Positions 17,161 to 40,782 of a stretch of 64,000 nt of DNA are shown one piece after another (position 1 is the stretch's first letter; each line of letters begins with the position of its first letter). Location: the NCBI RefSeq assembly GCF_009914755.1, contig NC_060942.1. The stretch is one strand, 5' to 3'. The position numbers were made by a program, and so were the translations under genes. Under the pieces are notes generated by a model, which saw only the letters and a program-made list of their open reading frames with translations, was not told where the DNA came from and did not search any database. The stretch is from the human T2T-CHM13v2.0 reference genome, Homo sapiens.

Positions 17161-17501
17161 GTACAGTTTAAAGCAACATACAAAATATCTTGAGTATTTA
17201 TAAAGCAAATGAGTAGTGTAGTAGGAGAATTGTATCAGTTAAGATAATAAGTATGTCTATGTGAAGTCAAGGAAAAATTTCAGCTTTAGGCTATTTTGAA
17301 ATGCATAAATTTTCTACATTATTTTTAATTTTACACATCACCCACAAAACAAAGGTAAAAAAAATAACAACAGTTTCTCAATTTTCTACTTTTCAAATGT
17401 CTCAGAATTTATATAATTATTCCTTCAGATGTTTGTTCAGAATTTATATGATTTAAAAAAAATTATGTCTAAGAATAATTATTTTAAAATATATATTTTA
17501 G

Positions 17502-17580
17502 GCTTAAAATAGAAAATGCCGTGTTAAAAATTAGAATGAAAAAGCGAGCAGACAAAATTGAGCAGCTTCAGAAAATTTTG
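17502..17580 (+). pseudogene. Relic or alternative ANKRD26-like exon (KLKIENAVLKIRMKKRADKIEQLQKIL)
   Basis: Acceptor ttttag, consensus donor gtaagt at 17581, phase 2 to 0. Resembles ANKRD26 'LEKDNAKLKVTVKKQMDKIEELQKNL'. Confidence 0.75.
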
Positions 17581-17647
17581 GTAAGTTCAAGTTCAATAAG
17601 TCAATCTCTTATTTTCTGTCACACTGAAAAGGAATTTTATTTTTCTA

Positions 17648-18322
<675 letters not shown>

Positions 18323-18401
18323 CTCCTTGACATATAATAGGGCTACATGATAATGTCTCTTGTTTAACTTAAACATTATTAATAAGATTTGACAGTTTCA
18401 G

Positions 18402-18446
18402 ATGCAGCAGGTGTACAAGGAAACATAACTGCAGAAGTAGATGAAG
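18402..18446 (+). pseudogene. Frameshifted relic of the ANKRD26 penultimate exon (MQQVYKET*)
   Basis: tttcag|ATGCAGCAG...ATAACT...GAAG|gtatgt, 45 nt. Aligns to ANKRD26 'MQQELEKNITRELKE' if one base is added. Confidence 0.65.
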
Positions 18447-18861
18447 GTATGTTGCCAAAAATTATGAATTAAATTTAAATCATGGATTTCTGAAATAAAT
18501 ATAAATAGTGAATGGGTTGCTTGGTTAATAAATACCACATTAAATACTTTTTCTTATACACATTACTGAAAGATGTGAAAACAAACATTCATAATGAAAA
18601 GTATACTTATGCCTCATTAGTTTATCATCTTCAATAGCTTTAAAAAAAGTCTTAAGAAGTCTGTGTGTATCCCTTTTTTTTCTGGCTCTACACTTGTTCC
18701 ATCTCTATGGAACTGTCAGCTTGCACGCTGAAACTGTTCTCAGAAAACAAAGGCATCATCAACTTCTCAAGGTTATGGTAGTGATTTAAGGCCAAGAGAT
18801 GCTAGACTCATGTATCAAGCAATTACAGTTCATAAGCAGTCACTTGACCAGTCATATTTTA

Positions 18862-18910
18862 AGAGAGAGAGAGAGTGTGTGTATATGTGAGTGTGTGTGT
18901 GTGTGTGTGT
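18862..18910. repeat. (GA)n(GT)n microsatellite
   Basis: Visible dinucleotide runs. Confidence 0.9.
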
Positions 18911-18914
18911 ATGT

Positions 18915-20920
18915 GTTTTATGTAGACTTGGTTTCTGGACTCTGTTCTGTTCTATTGATCTCTTTATCTTTATGCCAAAATCACACTGTTATGATTTTTG
19001 TAGCTTTGTAATAATTCTTCAAACTGGATTGTATTTTTCCTCTAAATTTATTCTTTTGTTTTTTTCAGAGTTACTGCACATTTCTGTGTCATCTACATGC
19101 CATGAGAGTCTTAAAATCAATTGTCAATTTCTACAAAATACCTGCTTGGATTTGGACTGTGATTGCATTATGTCATGGTAAAGAATCTTAATAATGATGA
19201 CTCTCTCAACTTGTGAATAAGGTATTTTCTTAGATCTTCTTTGATTTTTCTCAACAATACTTTTTAGTTATTATTGTACAGATATTTTGCATAGTGTCAG
19301 ATATATTCCCAAGAATTTTATATTTTAATGCTATTATAAATAGTATTATTTTTAAAATTTCAATTCCTAGCAGTTTATTTCTAACATATAGAATTACAAT
19401 TGATTTTTATATATTGATCATGTATCCTGCAATGTGGCAAAACTCATTGGTGCCAGTAACGTTGTAATTGGTTTCACTTGGTTTTCCACATAGATGATTA
19501 TGTCTGTGAATAAGGATAGTTTTACCTATTTCTTTTCAGTCTAGATGCCTTTTGTTTTCCTCCATTTCTTCCTTCCTCCCTTCTTTCTTCCTTTTTTTCT
19601 TCCTTCCTTCCTTCCTTCTCCCAACTCCCTTTTAAAAAGTGATTACAGTGGCTCGAATTTGCAGTACAGTGTTGAATAGAAGTGGTAAGAGCTGACATGC
19701 CTTCTCGATCTTCGGGGAAAGCATTCAGCCTTTCATCATTACATAGAATGTTAGCATTAGGTATTTTAAAGATGCCCTTTGACATGTCGAGGAAATTCTC
19801 TTGTATCTCCAGTTTGCTGAGGTTATTTTTTTAATGAAAAATGTTCAATTTTCTCAAATGCTTTTTCTGCATCTAATACATAATCATATGGTTTTTATGT
19901 TGTTAATGTAATTATAAGATTAATTGATTTGGGGGAGAAGGTTAAGTTGATATTTAATTTAAAATAATTTTTAAATGTAGTTTTTTCTTGAATTTTTTAG
20001 TTCAAATCTTGTATTCTGTTTAAAATGCTCTAAACTTTGTCAATTCTTTTTGAAAGTTCTGGTGAAATATACATAACATAAAATTTAGCATTTTAACAAT
20101 TTTTAACTCCATAGTTCAGTGGCATTAAGTACATTCACAATGTCATACAACAATCACTACTATCCATTTCTAGAATTTTTTCATCATCCCTAATAGAAAC
20201 TCTGTACCCATTAAATATCTTCCTATAATCCTTCTCTTCATCCCTAGTAACCTGTATTCTACTTTCTGTCTCTATGAATTTACCTATGCTGGGTATATTA
20301 TATAAGTGAAATCATAAAACATTGGCTTTTTGTGTCTGGGTTATTTCACTTAGCATAATGTTTTCAAGGCTCATCTATATCATACAGCATGTATCAGTAG
20401 TTTATTTCCTCTTATTTGCAATTAATTTTCTATTGCAGAGAAATACCACATTTTATTTAACAGTTGATGGACATTTCGATTGTTTCCAGGTTTTAACTAT
20501 TATGAATAACGTACTGTGGACACATATGTGGACATATGTTCCTCTTGGGTAAATACTCAAGTGGGAATCGAGGTCAAATAGTAACTGTGTTTAATCTCAA
20601 GGAACTGTCAGGCTGTTATTCAACACAGCTGTACAATTTTACATTTCCACCAGCAGTGTATGAGGGTTCCAATTTCTTCACATCTTTTCCAGTATTTATT
20701 TTTCATCTTTTTTATTATAGGCATTCTAGTGGTGTGAAGTGGTACCTCATTGTGGTTTTGATTTGCCTTTCCCTTTGATGTTGACCATCCTTTCATGTGG
20801 TTACTGGCCATTGTCTATGTTCTTAGATGAAAAACCTGGTCGTTATCCTTTGACCATGTTTTAATTGATTGCCTTTTTGTTGTTGATTTGTAAGAGTTCT
20901 TTATATATTCTGAACAAGAA
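18915..20920 (-). mobile_element. Old L1M (L1MB/ME-like) fragments, antisense
   Basis: 'tgttgaatagaagtggtaagag...ggggaaagcattcagccttt' and 'acatttccaccagcagtgtatgagggttccaatttc'. Confidence 0.75.
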
Positions 20921-22196
20921 TGTATTTTTTTACACTTTTTTCATAAACTTTGTTCTAAATCTTGTATTCTTTATTGTTTCTGTTTTAAAATTTTGTTTTA
21001 TCAGCCTCTTTTCTCAAGAATTTACTATATATATTAGTATCATATTTCTGTATTCCAATCTTGTTTTCATGATTTGCTTCCTTGCCCCAAAGAAAAAAAT
21101 ATATTCTCATTACCCAAATAATTTCCCACTTTACTCACACCCACTATTTTTCTATAATCCACATTCTCTCCTAGGGCAAAAGATTGGGAAGATTTACCTT
21201 ACTGAGGAAACTTCCTTTATATTGTTCAGGAATAGCTTTAATGAATTTTACATACTTGGAGACATCAGGAGAAAGCATGTATGTCACTGCTTTCCTCAGG
21301 AGCACTGGCTCATATGCCTTGAAAGGATTTAGTATACCTTTAATAAATGGCATAAGATACCAACAGCTGCCATGTCATTAAGCATCACATTTACTTATCA
21401 AGAAGGAAATAATTTAGAATTTACCTGTCAAAATCTATTACAAAGATGGCACATATTTGACTAAAATTGCAGTGTTTGTCCCTATTGACATAACTATAGT
21501 CCCTGCCTTTCTCATCTGTTTTCCCTTTTTTTTTATTATTATACTTTAAGTTTTAGGGTACATGTGCACAACGTGCAGGTTTGTTACATATGTATACATG
21601 CGCCATGTTGGTGTGCTGCACCCATTAACTCGTCATTTACATTAGGTATATCTCCTAATGCTATCCCTCCCACCTACTCCCACCCCATAACAGGCCCCAG
21701 TGTGTGATGTTCCCCTTCCTGTGTCCAGGTGTTCTCATTGTTCAGTTCCCACCTATGAGTGAGAACATGCGGTGTTTGGTTTTTTGTCCTTGCGATAGTT
21801 TGCTGAGAATGATGGTTTCCAGCTTCATCCATGTCCCTACAAAGGACATGAACTCATCCTTTTTTATGGCTGCATAGTATTCCATGGTGTATATGTGCCA
21901 CATTTTCTTAAACCAGTCTATCATTGATGGACATTTTGGTTTGTTCCAAGTCTTTACTATTGTGAATAGTGCCACAATAAACATACGTGTGCATGTCTTT
22001 ATAGCAGCATGATTTATAATCCTTTGGGTATATACCCAGTAATAGGATGGCTAGGTCAAATGGTATTTCTAGTTCCAGATCCCTGAGGAATCGCCACACT
22101 GACTTCCACAATAGTTAAACTAATTTACAGTCCCACCAACAGTGTAAAAGTGTTCCTATTTTTCCACATCCTCTCCAGCACCTGTTGTTTCCTGAC

Positions 22197-22870
22197 TTTT
22201 TTTTTTTATACTTTAAGTTTTAGGGTACATGTGCACAACGTGCAGGTGTGTTACATATGTATACATGTGCCATGTTGGTGTGCTGCACCCATTAACTCGT
22301 CATTTAACATTAGGTATATCTCCTAATGCTATCCCTCCCCCCTCCCCCCACCCCACAACAGTCCCCAGAGTGTGATGTTCCCCTTCCTGTGTCCATGTGT
22401 TCTCATTGTTCAATTCCCACCTATGAGTGAGAACATGCGGTGTTTGGTTTTTTGTCCTTGCAATAGTTTGCTGAGAATGACGGTTTCCAGCTTCATCCAT
22501 GTCCCTACATAGGACATGAACTCATCATTTTTTATGGCTGCATAGTATTCCATGGTGTATATATGCCACATTTTCTTAATCCAGTCTATCATTGTTGGAC
22601 ACTTGGGTTTGTTCCAAGTCTTTGCTATTGTGAATAGTGCCGCAATAAACATACGTGTGCGTGTGTCTTTATAGCAGCATGATTTATCGTCCTTTGGGTA
22701 TATACCCAGTAATGGGATGGCTGGGTCAAATGTTATTTCTAGTTCTAGATCCCTGAGGAATCGCCACACTGACTTCCACAATGGTTGAACTAGTTTACAG
22801 TCCCACCAACAGTGTAAAAGTGTTCCTATTTCTCCACATCCTCTCCAGCACCTGTTGTTTCCTGACTTTT
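22197..22870 (-). mobile_element. Second L1PA3/4-like 3' end nested in the host L1
   Basis: New poly-T and 3'UTR start after 'cctgactttt' (22191-22200). The host resumes after the same string at 22861-22870. Confidence 0.8.
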
Positions 22871-23219
22871 TAATGATCGCCATTCTAACTGGTGTGAGAT
22901 GGTATCTCATTGTGGTTTTGATTTGCATTTCTCTGATGGCCAGTGATTATGAGCATTTTTTCATGTGTTTTTTGGCTGCATAAATGTCTTCTTTTGAGAA
23001 GTGTCTGTTCATATCCTTTGCCCACTTTTTGATGTGGTTGTTTGTTTTTTTCTTGTAATTTTGTTTGAGTTCTTTGTAGATTCTGGATATTAGCCCTTTG
23101 TCAGATCAGTAGATTTCAAATATTTTCTCCCATTCTGTAGGTTGCCTGTTCACTCTGATGGTGGTTTCTTTTGCTATGCAGAAGCTCTTTAGTTTAATTA
23201 GATCCCATTTGTCAATTTA

Positions 23220-26249
<3,030 letters not shown>

Positions 26250-26297
26250 TTATTTTGCTCGTTAGTTGATGCAGTTTCTTCCTAGCCTTGATGGTCT

Positions 26298-27617
<1,320 letters not shown>

Positions 27618-28199
27618 CTTTGTGGTTTTATCTACCTTTGGTCTTTGACGATGGTGACGTACAGATGGGTTTTTGGTGTAGATGTCCTTTCTGTTTGTTA
27701 GTTTTCCTTCTAACAGTCAGGACCCTCAGCTGCAGGTCTGTTGGAGTTTACTGGAGGTCCACTCCAGACCCTGTTTGCCTGGGTATCAGCAGCGGTGGCT
27801 GCACAACAGCAGATATTGGTGAATCGCAAATGCTGCTGCCTGATCGTTCCTCTGGAAGTTTTGTCTCAGAGGAGTACCCGGCCGTGTGAGGTGTCAGTCC
27901 GCCCCTAGTTGGGGGTGCCTCCCAGTTAGGCTACTAGAGTGTCAGGGACCCACTTGAGGAGGCAGTCTGCCCGTTCTCAGATCTCAAATCTCAAGCTGCC
28001 TGCTGGGAGAACCACTTCTCTCTTCAAAGCTGCCAGACAGGGACATTTAAGACTGCAGAGGTTATTGCTGTCTTTTTTTTGTCTGTGCCCAGCCCCCAGA
28101 GGTGGAGCCTACAGAGGCAGGCAGGCCTCCTTGAGTTGTGGTGGGCTCCACCCAGTTCGAGCTTCCCGGCTGCTTTGTTTACCTACTCAAGACTGAGCA

Positions 28200-28382
28200 A
28201 TGGCGGGCGCCCCTCCCCCAGCCTCGCTGCCGCCTTGCAGTTTGATCTCAGACTGCTGTGCTAGCAATGAGCGAGGCTCTGTGGGCGTAGGACTCTCCGA
28301 GCCATGTGTGGGATATAATCTCCTGGTGTGCCGTTTGTTAAGCCCGTTGGACAAGCGCAGTATTAGGGTGGGAGTGACCTGA
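28200..28382 (+). CDS. L1 antisense ORF0 homolog, 60 aa, truncated; marks the L1 antisense promoter region
   Basis: MAGAPPPASLPPCSLISDCCASN... matches primate L1 ORF0 and ends early at TGA after 'RVGVT'. Confidence 0.75.
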   Translation: MAGAPPPASLPPCSLISDCCASNERGSVGVGLSEPCVGYNLLVCRLLSPLDKRSIRVGVT

Positions 28383-30049
28383 TTTTCAAGGTGCTGTCTG
28401 TCACCCCTTTCTTTGACTAGGAAAGGGAATTCCCTGACCCCTTGCACTTCCCGGGTGAGGCGATGCCTCGCCCTGCTTCAGCTCACACACGGTGCACTGC
28501 ACCCACTGTCTGGCACTACCCCGTGAGATGAACCCGGTACCTCAGTTGGAAATGCAAAAATCACCCGTCTTCTGTGTCGCTCACACTGGGAGCTGTAGAC
28601 TTTGTGAAACTCTTGTATTGTGTTACTCAACTCCGTCAGGCCTCTTAGTGGTGGTGGTGTTTTTTTTTCCTATGGTGGCTATTTCATCCTTCAGCTCCTG
28701 TATTATTCTATTGTGATTCTCGGTTTCCTTGCATTAGGTATTGCCATCTTCCTGAATCTCAACGGTCCTCATTCCTGCCCATAGTCTGAATTCTATTTCT
28801 ATCATGTCAGCCAGCTCTGTCTGGTTAAGAACTCTTCTTGGAGAACTGTTGTGGTCCTTAGGAGGACGTATGGCACTCTGGCCATTTGAGTTACCAGAGT
28901 TCTCGCGTTGGTTCTTTCTCATCTCTGCATGTGGGTGTTCCTTTAACTTCAGTGCAGACTCAGTACAGTCAATAGACTTCTTTTCTGGATGTTTTCACAG
29001 AACTGACACTTTATTCGGGTCTTGATTTGAAGCTGACTTCTTGTCTTTGGTTTCAGATGGGAGTATGTTAGCAAGGTACTTTTGGTGTTGAGGTTCTAGG
29101 GTGTGATCCAGTAGGTGGCGCTTAGGAATATTGGTCAGTTGGTAAACTCTTGCTCGTTTGTGTGGCTCCTCTATGTTGAACCACACTTGCAGCCCTGTTC
29201 CTTCCCAGTACTCTGAAAGTATGGGTTCCTCTCCCCCTTGAGTGCTGGCTGTAGATTGTGGCTTGGCACTCCTGGGCTGCCCACTGCAGCTCGGGGGCGA
29301 TCTCAGTGTTTATGTTCCTTCCCCAACTTGGAGGCACAGAGAAAGGGACCTTAGTAGTGGCTGTGGCCAAGGGTCTTTCGCGTGTCTCCTGGGGGCTCCA
29401 CCCATAGAGATGCAGGTCAGCATTCACTCAGTGCAATCAGCCCAGGTTGGAGTGTCTGTGCTGTGGGCCCAAGCCGGGGGTTCCCTGTCTGGTAGTGAGC
29501 AGAGGGGAGCATGTGGGGCCCATGGGAGATGGACTGGCCTCCTCTCCTTGGGTCAACTGCAGCTCATTGGAGGTGTGGATCAAGGACATAGGGTCTTTGC
29601 TCCTTCACTAGTCCAAGGGTAGCAAGGGCAGTTCCACTGCAGAGGCAGTGGCAGAGAGGCTTTCAGTTGCCCCTGGAGGCTGTGTCAATGGAGTTGCCGA
29701 GCTGCCACTGGCTCCATAGGTCTGGCGAGGGGTGGCTAGAGGACCTGCCAGGTGAGGAGTTTCGGGAATGGGCACCCATGTAACAGTGTGGCCACTTTCT
29801 GTAGGGCTGCTGCAGTATGCTGAGGGCCTGCTCCAGTCCCTAGTCACCTTGGATTTTTCAGCACCTGGAGGTATGAAGGTTGCAAAACAGCAAAGATGGT
29901 GGCCTGCCCCTCCCACTGGAAGCCCTGTCCCAGGGAGGTATGGAGCTGTTGACGGCCTGAATGCATCTGTAGGAGGTAGCTGGAGAGACCTCGGTTGACA
30001 GGTCCCGCTGAGTGAGGAGAAGCCTCACTCAGAAAAGTATTGGGGCCAC

Positions 30050-30346
<297 letters not shown>

Positions 30347-30411
30347 TGTTTTTAGAAAACAGCACTACGTTTTTTTGAAAAACCAGTCTGTGCATCGTTC
30401 TGTTGAGCAGC

Positions 30412-30461
30412 TGTGTTGTGCTGTGCTGTGCTGTGCTGTGCTGTGCTGTGCTGTGCTGTGC
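30412..30461. repeat. (TGTGC)n pentanucleotide microsatellite; mirror (GCACA)n at ~35443-35500 is one unit longer
   Basis: Visible repeat; shorter versions occur in the other monomers. Confidence 0.9.
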
Positions 30462-31997
30462 TGGGGGTCTGCTTCCGTCCCCGATCTCCTCGTTCACTTC
30501 TGAGCCCGAAGGCTGGAAGGGCTAAGTTGCCCAAATAGAAGAGATGGTGGCCTACCGCACTCCCTGGGAGCTCCATCTCAAGGAGATTTGGGACGTCTGT
30601 CAGCCAGAGAACACTGGCAAGGGTGGCTGGACACCCCAGTTGAAAGCTCCCACCCAGTGAAGAGGAACGGGATCAGGGACCCACTTGAAAAAGCAGTCTG
30701 GCCACGTTTTCGTAGAGCAGCCCCCAGTTGGCCCTTTTAAGCGGGTCCCTGATCCCAGTGTTTTCCACCTGACAGAGATCTGAAACCTCCCCAGGATGAA
30801 CCTCCAAGAAGGAGAGGCAGGCCGCCATCTTTGCTGTTGGGGCAACTTAGCCATTGCATCCTGCAGGCTTTAGAGGGTTCAAGCCGATCGGGGGTGGCAG
30901 TGCCAGCCTAGCCCAGCCACACGCCATCCTCACTGAGCGGGACCTCCCGACTGGAGTCTCCAGGCACTCTTGCCAGTGCTCTCCAGCTGACAGAGGTTTG
31001 AGGCCTCCCTGCGACAGAGCTCCTAAGGGGAGGGGCAACCTGCCATCTTTGCAGTTTTGGTGGCTGGGCGGATCCAGCTTTCTGGCTTGGAAGTGAACCC
31101 CGTGACCAGGAATGGGAGCGTACCCCCAGCACAGCACAGCTGCTCGATGAAAAGATGGCCAGACTGCCTACTTTTTTTTTAAGCATTGAGAGATGGACTG
31201 GCCTCCTCTTTTTGGGTCAACTGCAGCCTGCTGGAGGTGTGGATAAGGCAGGTAGGGTCTTTGCTGCTTCATTAGTCCAAAGGTAGCAAGGGTAGTTCCA
31301 CTGTAGAGGCAGTGGCAGAGAGGCTTTCAGTTGCTCCTGGAGGCTCTGTTCAGGGCATTGCAGGGCTGCTACTGGCTTGGCATCTCTGGTGGGAGATTGC
31401 TGGAAGCCCAGGCCCAGAGGACCAGCCCCCTGAAAAGATACGGTAATGGGCATCCACGTGACACTCTGGAGACTTTCCTGTAGGGCTGCTGCAGTATGCT
31501 GGGGGCCCAATCCTGTCCCTAGCCAGCTCGGATCTTCCATATCTAGAGGTAACACGAGTGAAGGCTGTGAAACAGCAAAGATGGCGGCCTGCCCCTCCCT
31601 CCAAGAGGTCTGTCCCTGAGAGGTATGGACCTGTTGGTGGCCCAAACACACCTGTAGGAGGTGGCTGGAGACCACAGTTGGGAGGCCCTGCCCAGTGAGG
31701 AGGAACAAGATCGGGGCCCCCTTTAAAAAGCAGTCTGGCCTCGTTTTTGTAGACCAGCTGCGCTGTGCTAAGGGTCCGCGCTTCAGCCCCCAGTCACCTA
31801 GAACACTCCAAAGCCCACAAGCTGGAATGGCTAAGCCACCCAAATGGCAAAGGTAGCAGCCTGCCTCTGCCTCTGAGAGCTTCATCCCAGGGAGGTTGGA
31901 AACCTCTGTTGGCTGGCAGACACTGGCAGGGGTAGTTGAAGACCCCTGCCAGGAAGTCTCACACATTAAGGAGGAACAGGATCGGCAGCCCACTTTA

Positions 31998-37308
<5,311 letters not shown>

Positions 37309-39988
37309 TGCAATTGCAAGTATTAACAGGAGAATAAATCTAGCTGAGAAAAGAATTTCAGAGCTTGAAGACTGGCTCTCTGAAATGAGACAGTCAGACA
37401 AAAAATTATAAAAACAACCAAAAGACATGAACAAAACCTCTGAAAAGTATGGGACTATATAAAGAGGCCAAGTCTATTTATCATTGGCATCCCTGAAAGG
37501 GACAGAGAGAAAGCCAACAACTTGGAAAACCTATTTCAGTATATTGTCTATGACAACTTCCCCAAACTTGCTAGAGAATCAAACAAATTCAGGAAATACA
37601 GAGAACTCCTGCAAGATTTTACACACGAATACCATCCCCAAGACATATAATCATCAGATTTTCCAAGGTCCAAATGAAAGAAAGAATGTTAAAGGCAGCA
37701 AGAGGGAAAGGGCAGGTCACCTACAAAGGGAACCCCATCAGGCTAACAGTAGACATCTTAGCTGAAACCCTGCAAGCCAGAAGAGATTGGGGGCCTATAT
37801 TTGACATTCTTAAAGAAAAAAATCCTTTAACCAAGAATTTCATATCCAGCCAAAGTAAACTTCCTCAGTGAAGGAGAAATAAGATCCTATTCAGACAAGC
37901 AAAAGTTGAGGGAGTTTGTTATCACCAGACCTGCCTTACAAGAGATCTTGAAAGGAGCACTAAATATAGAAAGACCACCACCAGCTAGTACAAAAATGCA
38001 CTTAAATACACAGACCACTGACACTATAAAGCAAGCCAGCATAACAGTTGGCTAACAACACAACATCAGAATCAAATCCACAAATATCAACACTAACTTT
38101 ATATGTAAATGGGTGAAATACCCTTCACTAAAAAGGCACCGTGTGGCAAGGTGCATATAAAACAAGAACCAATCATATGCTGTCTTCAAGAAACGTGTCT
38201 AACACATAATGACACCCATAGGCTCAAAATAAAGGGATGGAGGAAAATCTACCAAGCAAATGGAAAACAGAAAAAAGCAGGGCTTGCGATCCTAATTTCA
38301 GACAAAACAGATTTCAAACCAACAAAGATCAAAAAAGACAAAGAAGGGCATTAAATAATGGTAAAGTGTTGAATTCAACAAGAAGACCTAACTATTCTGA
38401 ATATGTATGCATCCAGCACATGAGCACCCAGGTTCATAAAGCGAGTTCTTAGAGATCTACAAAGAGACATAGACTCCCTCAAAATAATAGTGGGAGACTT
38501 TAACGCTCCATTGACGTTAGATCACTGAGGGAGAAAATTAACAAAGGTATATGGGACCTGAAGTCAACACTGGACCAAGTGGGTCTGATAGACCTCTACG
38601 TAATTCTGTCCCTGAAAACAACAGAATATGCATTCTCTCATCACCACATGCCACATGCTCTGAAATCAACCCCATAATTGGATATAAAACAATCCTTAGC
38701 TAATGAAAAGAACTGAAATCATACTAAACATACTCTTGAACCACAACACAATAAAAATTAGTGTTAGAAAGATATCAAATTAACGACCTAACATCACAAT
38801 TGAAATAATTAGAGAAGCAAGAATAAATCAACCTCACAGCTCGCAGAAGACAAGAAATAACCAACGTCAGAGCTTAACTGAAGAAGGAAATTGAGACTCA
38901 GAAAATTATCCAAAAGTTCAACAAATCCAGGGGTTGATTTTTTGAAAAATTTAATAAGATAGATAGACCACTAGCTAGACTAATAGAGAAGAGAGACAAT
39001 CCAAATAAACACCATTAGAAATGATGAAGGCAATGTGACCACTGATCCCACAGAAATACAAGTAACATGAGTAACTACTAAAAATGCTTCTATGCACACA
39101 AACTAGAAAACCTTCTTAGAAGAGATAGGTAAATTTTTCTACACATACACCCTCCCAAGACTGAATCAAGAAGTAATTGAATGTTTTAACAGACCAATGA
39201 TGAGCTCCAAAGTTGAATAGGAATAAATAAGCTACCAAAAAAAAAAAAAGGCCCAGGACCCGATGGATTCACAGCCAGATTCGACCAGATGCACAAAAAA
39301 GAGCTGATACCATTTCTGCTGAAATGCTTCCAAAAAAAAAAAAAAAAAAAAAAACTGAGGAGGAGGGACTCCTCCCAAACACATTCTATGAGGCCAGCAT
39401 TCTCCTGATACCGAAACCTGCAGAAACACAACCAGAAAATAAAGCTTCAGGCTGTTATCCTTGATTAACTTCAATGCATAAATCCTCAACAAAATCCTTG
39501 AAAACTGAATCCATTAGCATATCAAAAAGCTAATCCACCACGATCAAGTAGGCTTCATCCCTGGGATGCAAAGTTGGTTTAACCTATGCAAATCAATAAA
39601 TGTGATTAATCACATAAACAGAACCAAAGACAAAAACCACAATTATCTCAATATTTGCAGAAAAGTCTTTCTACAAAATTCCACACCCTTCATGTTAAAA
39701 ACTCTCAATGAACTGATGTTGAAGGAACATGTCTTGAAATAATAAGAGCTATTCATGACAAATCTGCAGCCAAGATCATACTGAATGGGCAAAAGCTGGG
39801 GGCATTCCCCTCAAAAACCAGCACAAGACAAGGATACCCTCTCTCACCACTCATATTCAACACAGTATTGGAAGCCCTCACCAGAGCAATCAAACAAATA
39901 AATAAAGGGCATCCAAACAGGAAGAGAGGAAGCCAAACTATCCCTGTTTGCAAGACAGCATTATTCTATCTTTAGAAAACCCCATAGT

Positions 39989-40054
39989 TGAAGCCGAGAT
40001 CGTGCCATTGCCCTCCAAGCTGGGTGACAGAGCAAGATTCCATTTCCAAAGAAA
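39989..40054 (+). mobile_element. Heavily 5'-truncated Alu (~65 nt) with a 15-bp TSD
   Basis: agaaaaccccatagt at 39974-39988 and 40055-40069 flanks 'gccgagatcgtgccattg...gacagagcaaga'. Confidence 0.85.
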
Positions 40055-40461
40055 AGAAAACCCCATAGTCTCAGCCAAAAATCTCCTTAAGCTGATAAAC
40101 AACTTTAGCAGTCTGAGTACACAAAATCAGTGTACAAAAATAACTAGCACTCTTATACATCAACAACAGTCAAGATGAGAACGAAATCAGGAATTCAATC
40201 CCATTCACAATGCCCACACAGATAAATATTTAGGAATATAGCTAACAAAGGAGGCGAAAGAGCTCTACAAGGAGAACTACAAACTGCTGCTTAAAGAAAT
40301 CAGAGATGACACAGACAAATGTAAAAGCTAAAAAACTTTCATGCTCATGGATAGGAAGAAGCAATATCATTAAAATGGCCATACTGCCCAAAGCAATTTG
40401 TACACTCAATGCTATTTATATTTAACTACTAATGATATTCTTTGCAGAACTAGAAAAAACG

Positions 40462-40782
40462 GGCCAGGCACAGTGGCTCATGCCTGTAATCCCAGCACTT
40501 TGGGAGGCCAAAGTGGGGTGAATCACTTAAGGTCAGGAGTTCAAGACCAGCCTGGCCAACACAGTGAAATCCCATCTCTACTAAAAATACAAAAATTAGC
40601 CAGGTGTGGTGGTGCACACCTGTAACCCCAGCTACTCAGGAGGCTGAAGCAAGAGAATCGCTTGAACCTGTGAGGCTGAGGTTTCAGTGAGCCAGGATCA
40701 CATCACTGCACTCCAGCCTGGGTGACAGAGCGAGACTCTGCCTGGGAAAAAAAAAAAAAAAAAGAAAGAAAGAAAGAAAAAA
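40462..40782 (+). mobile_element. AluS-type SINE
   Basis: Full Alu with an A/(AAAG)n tail. Confidence 0.93.
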
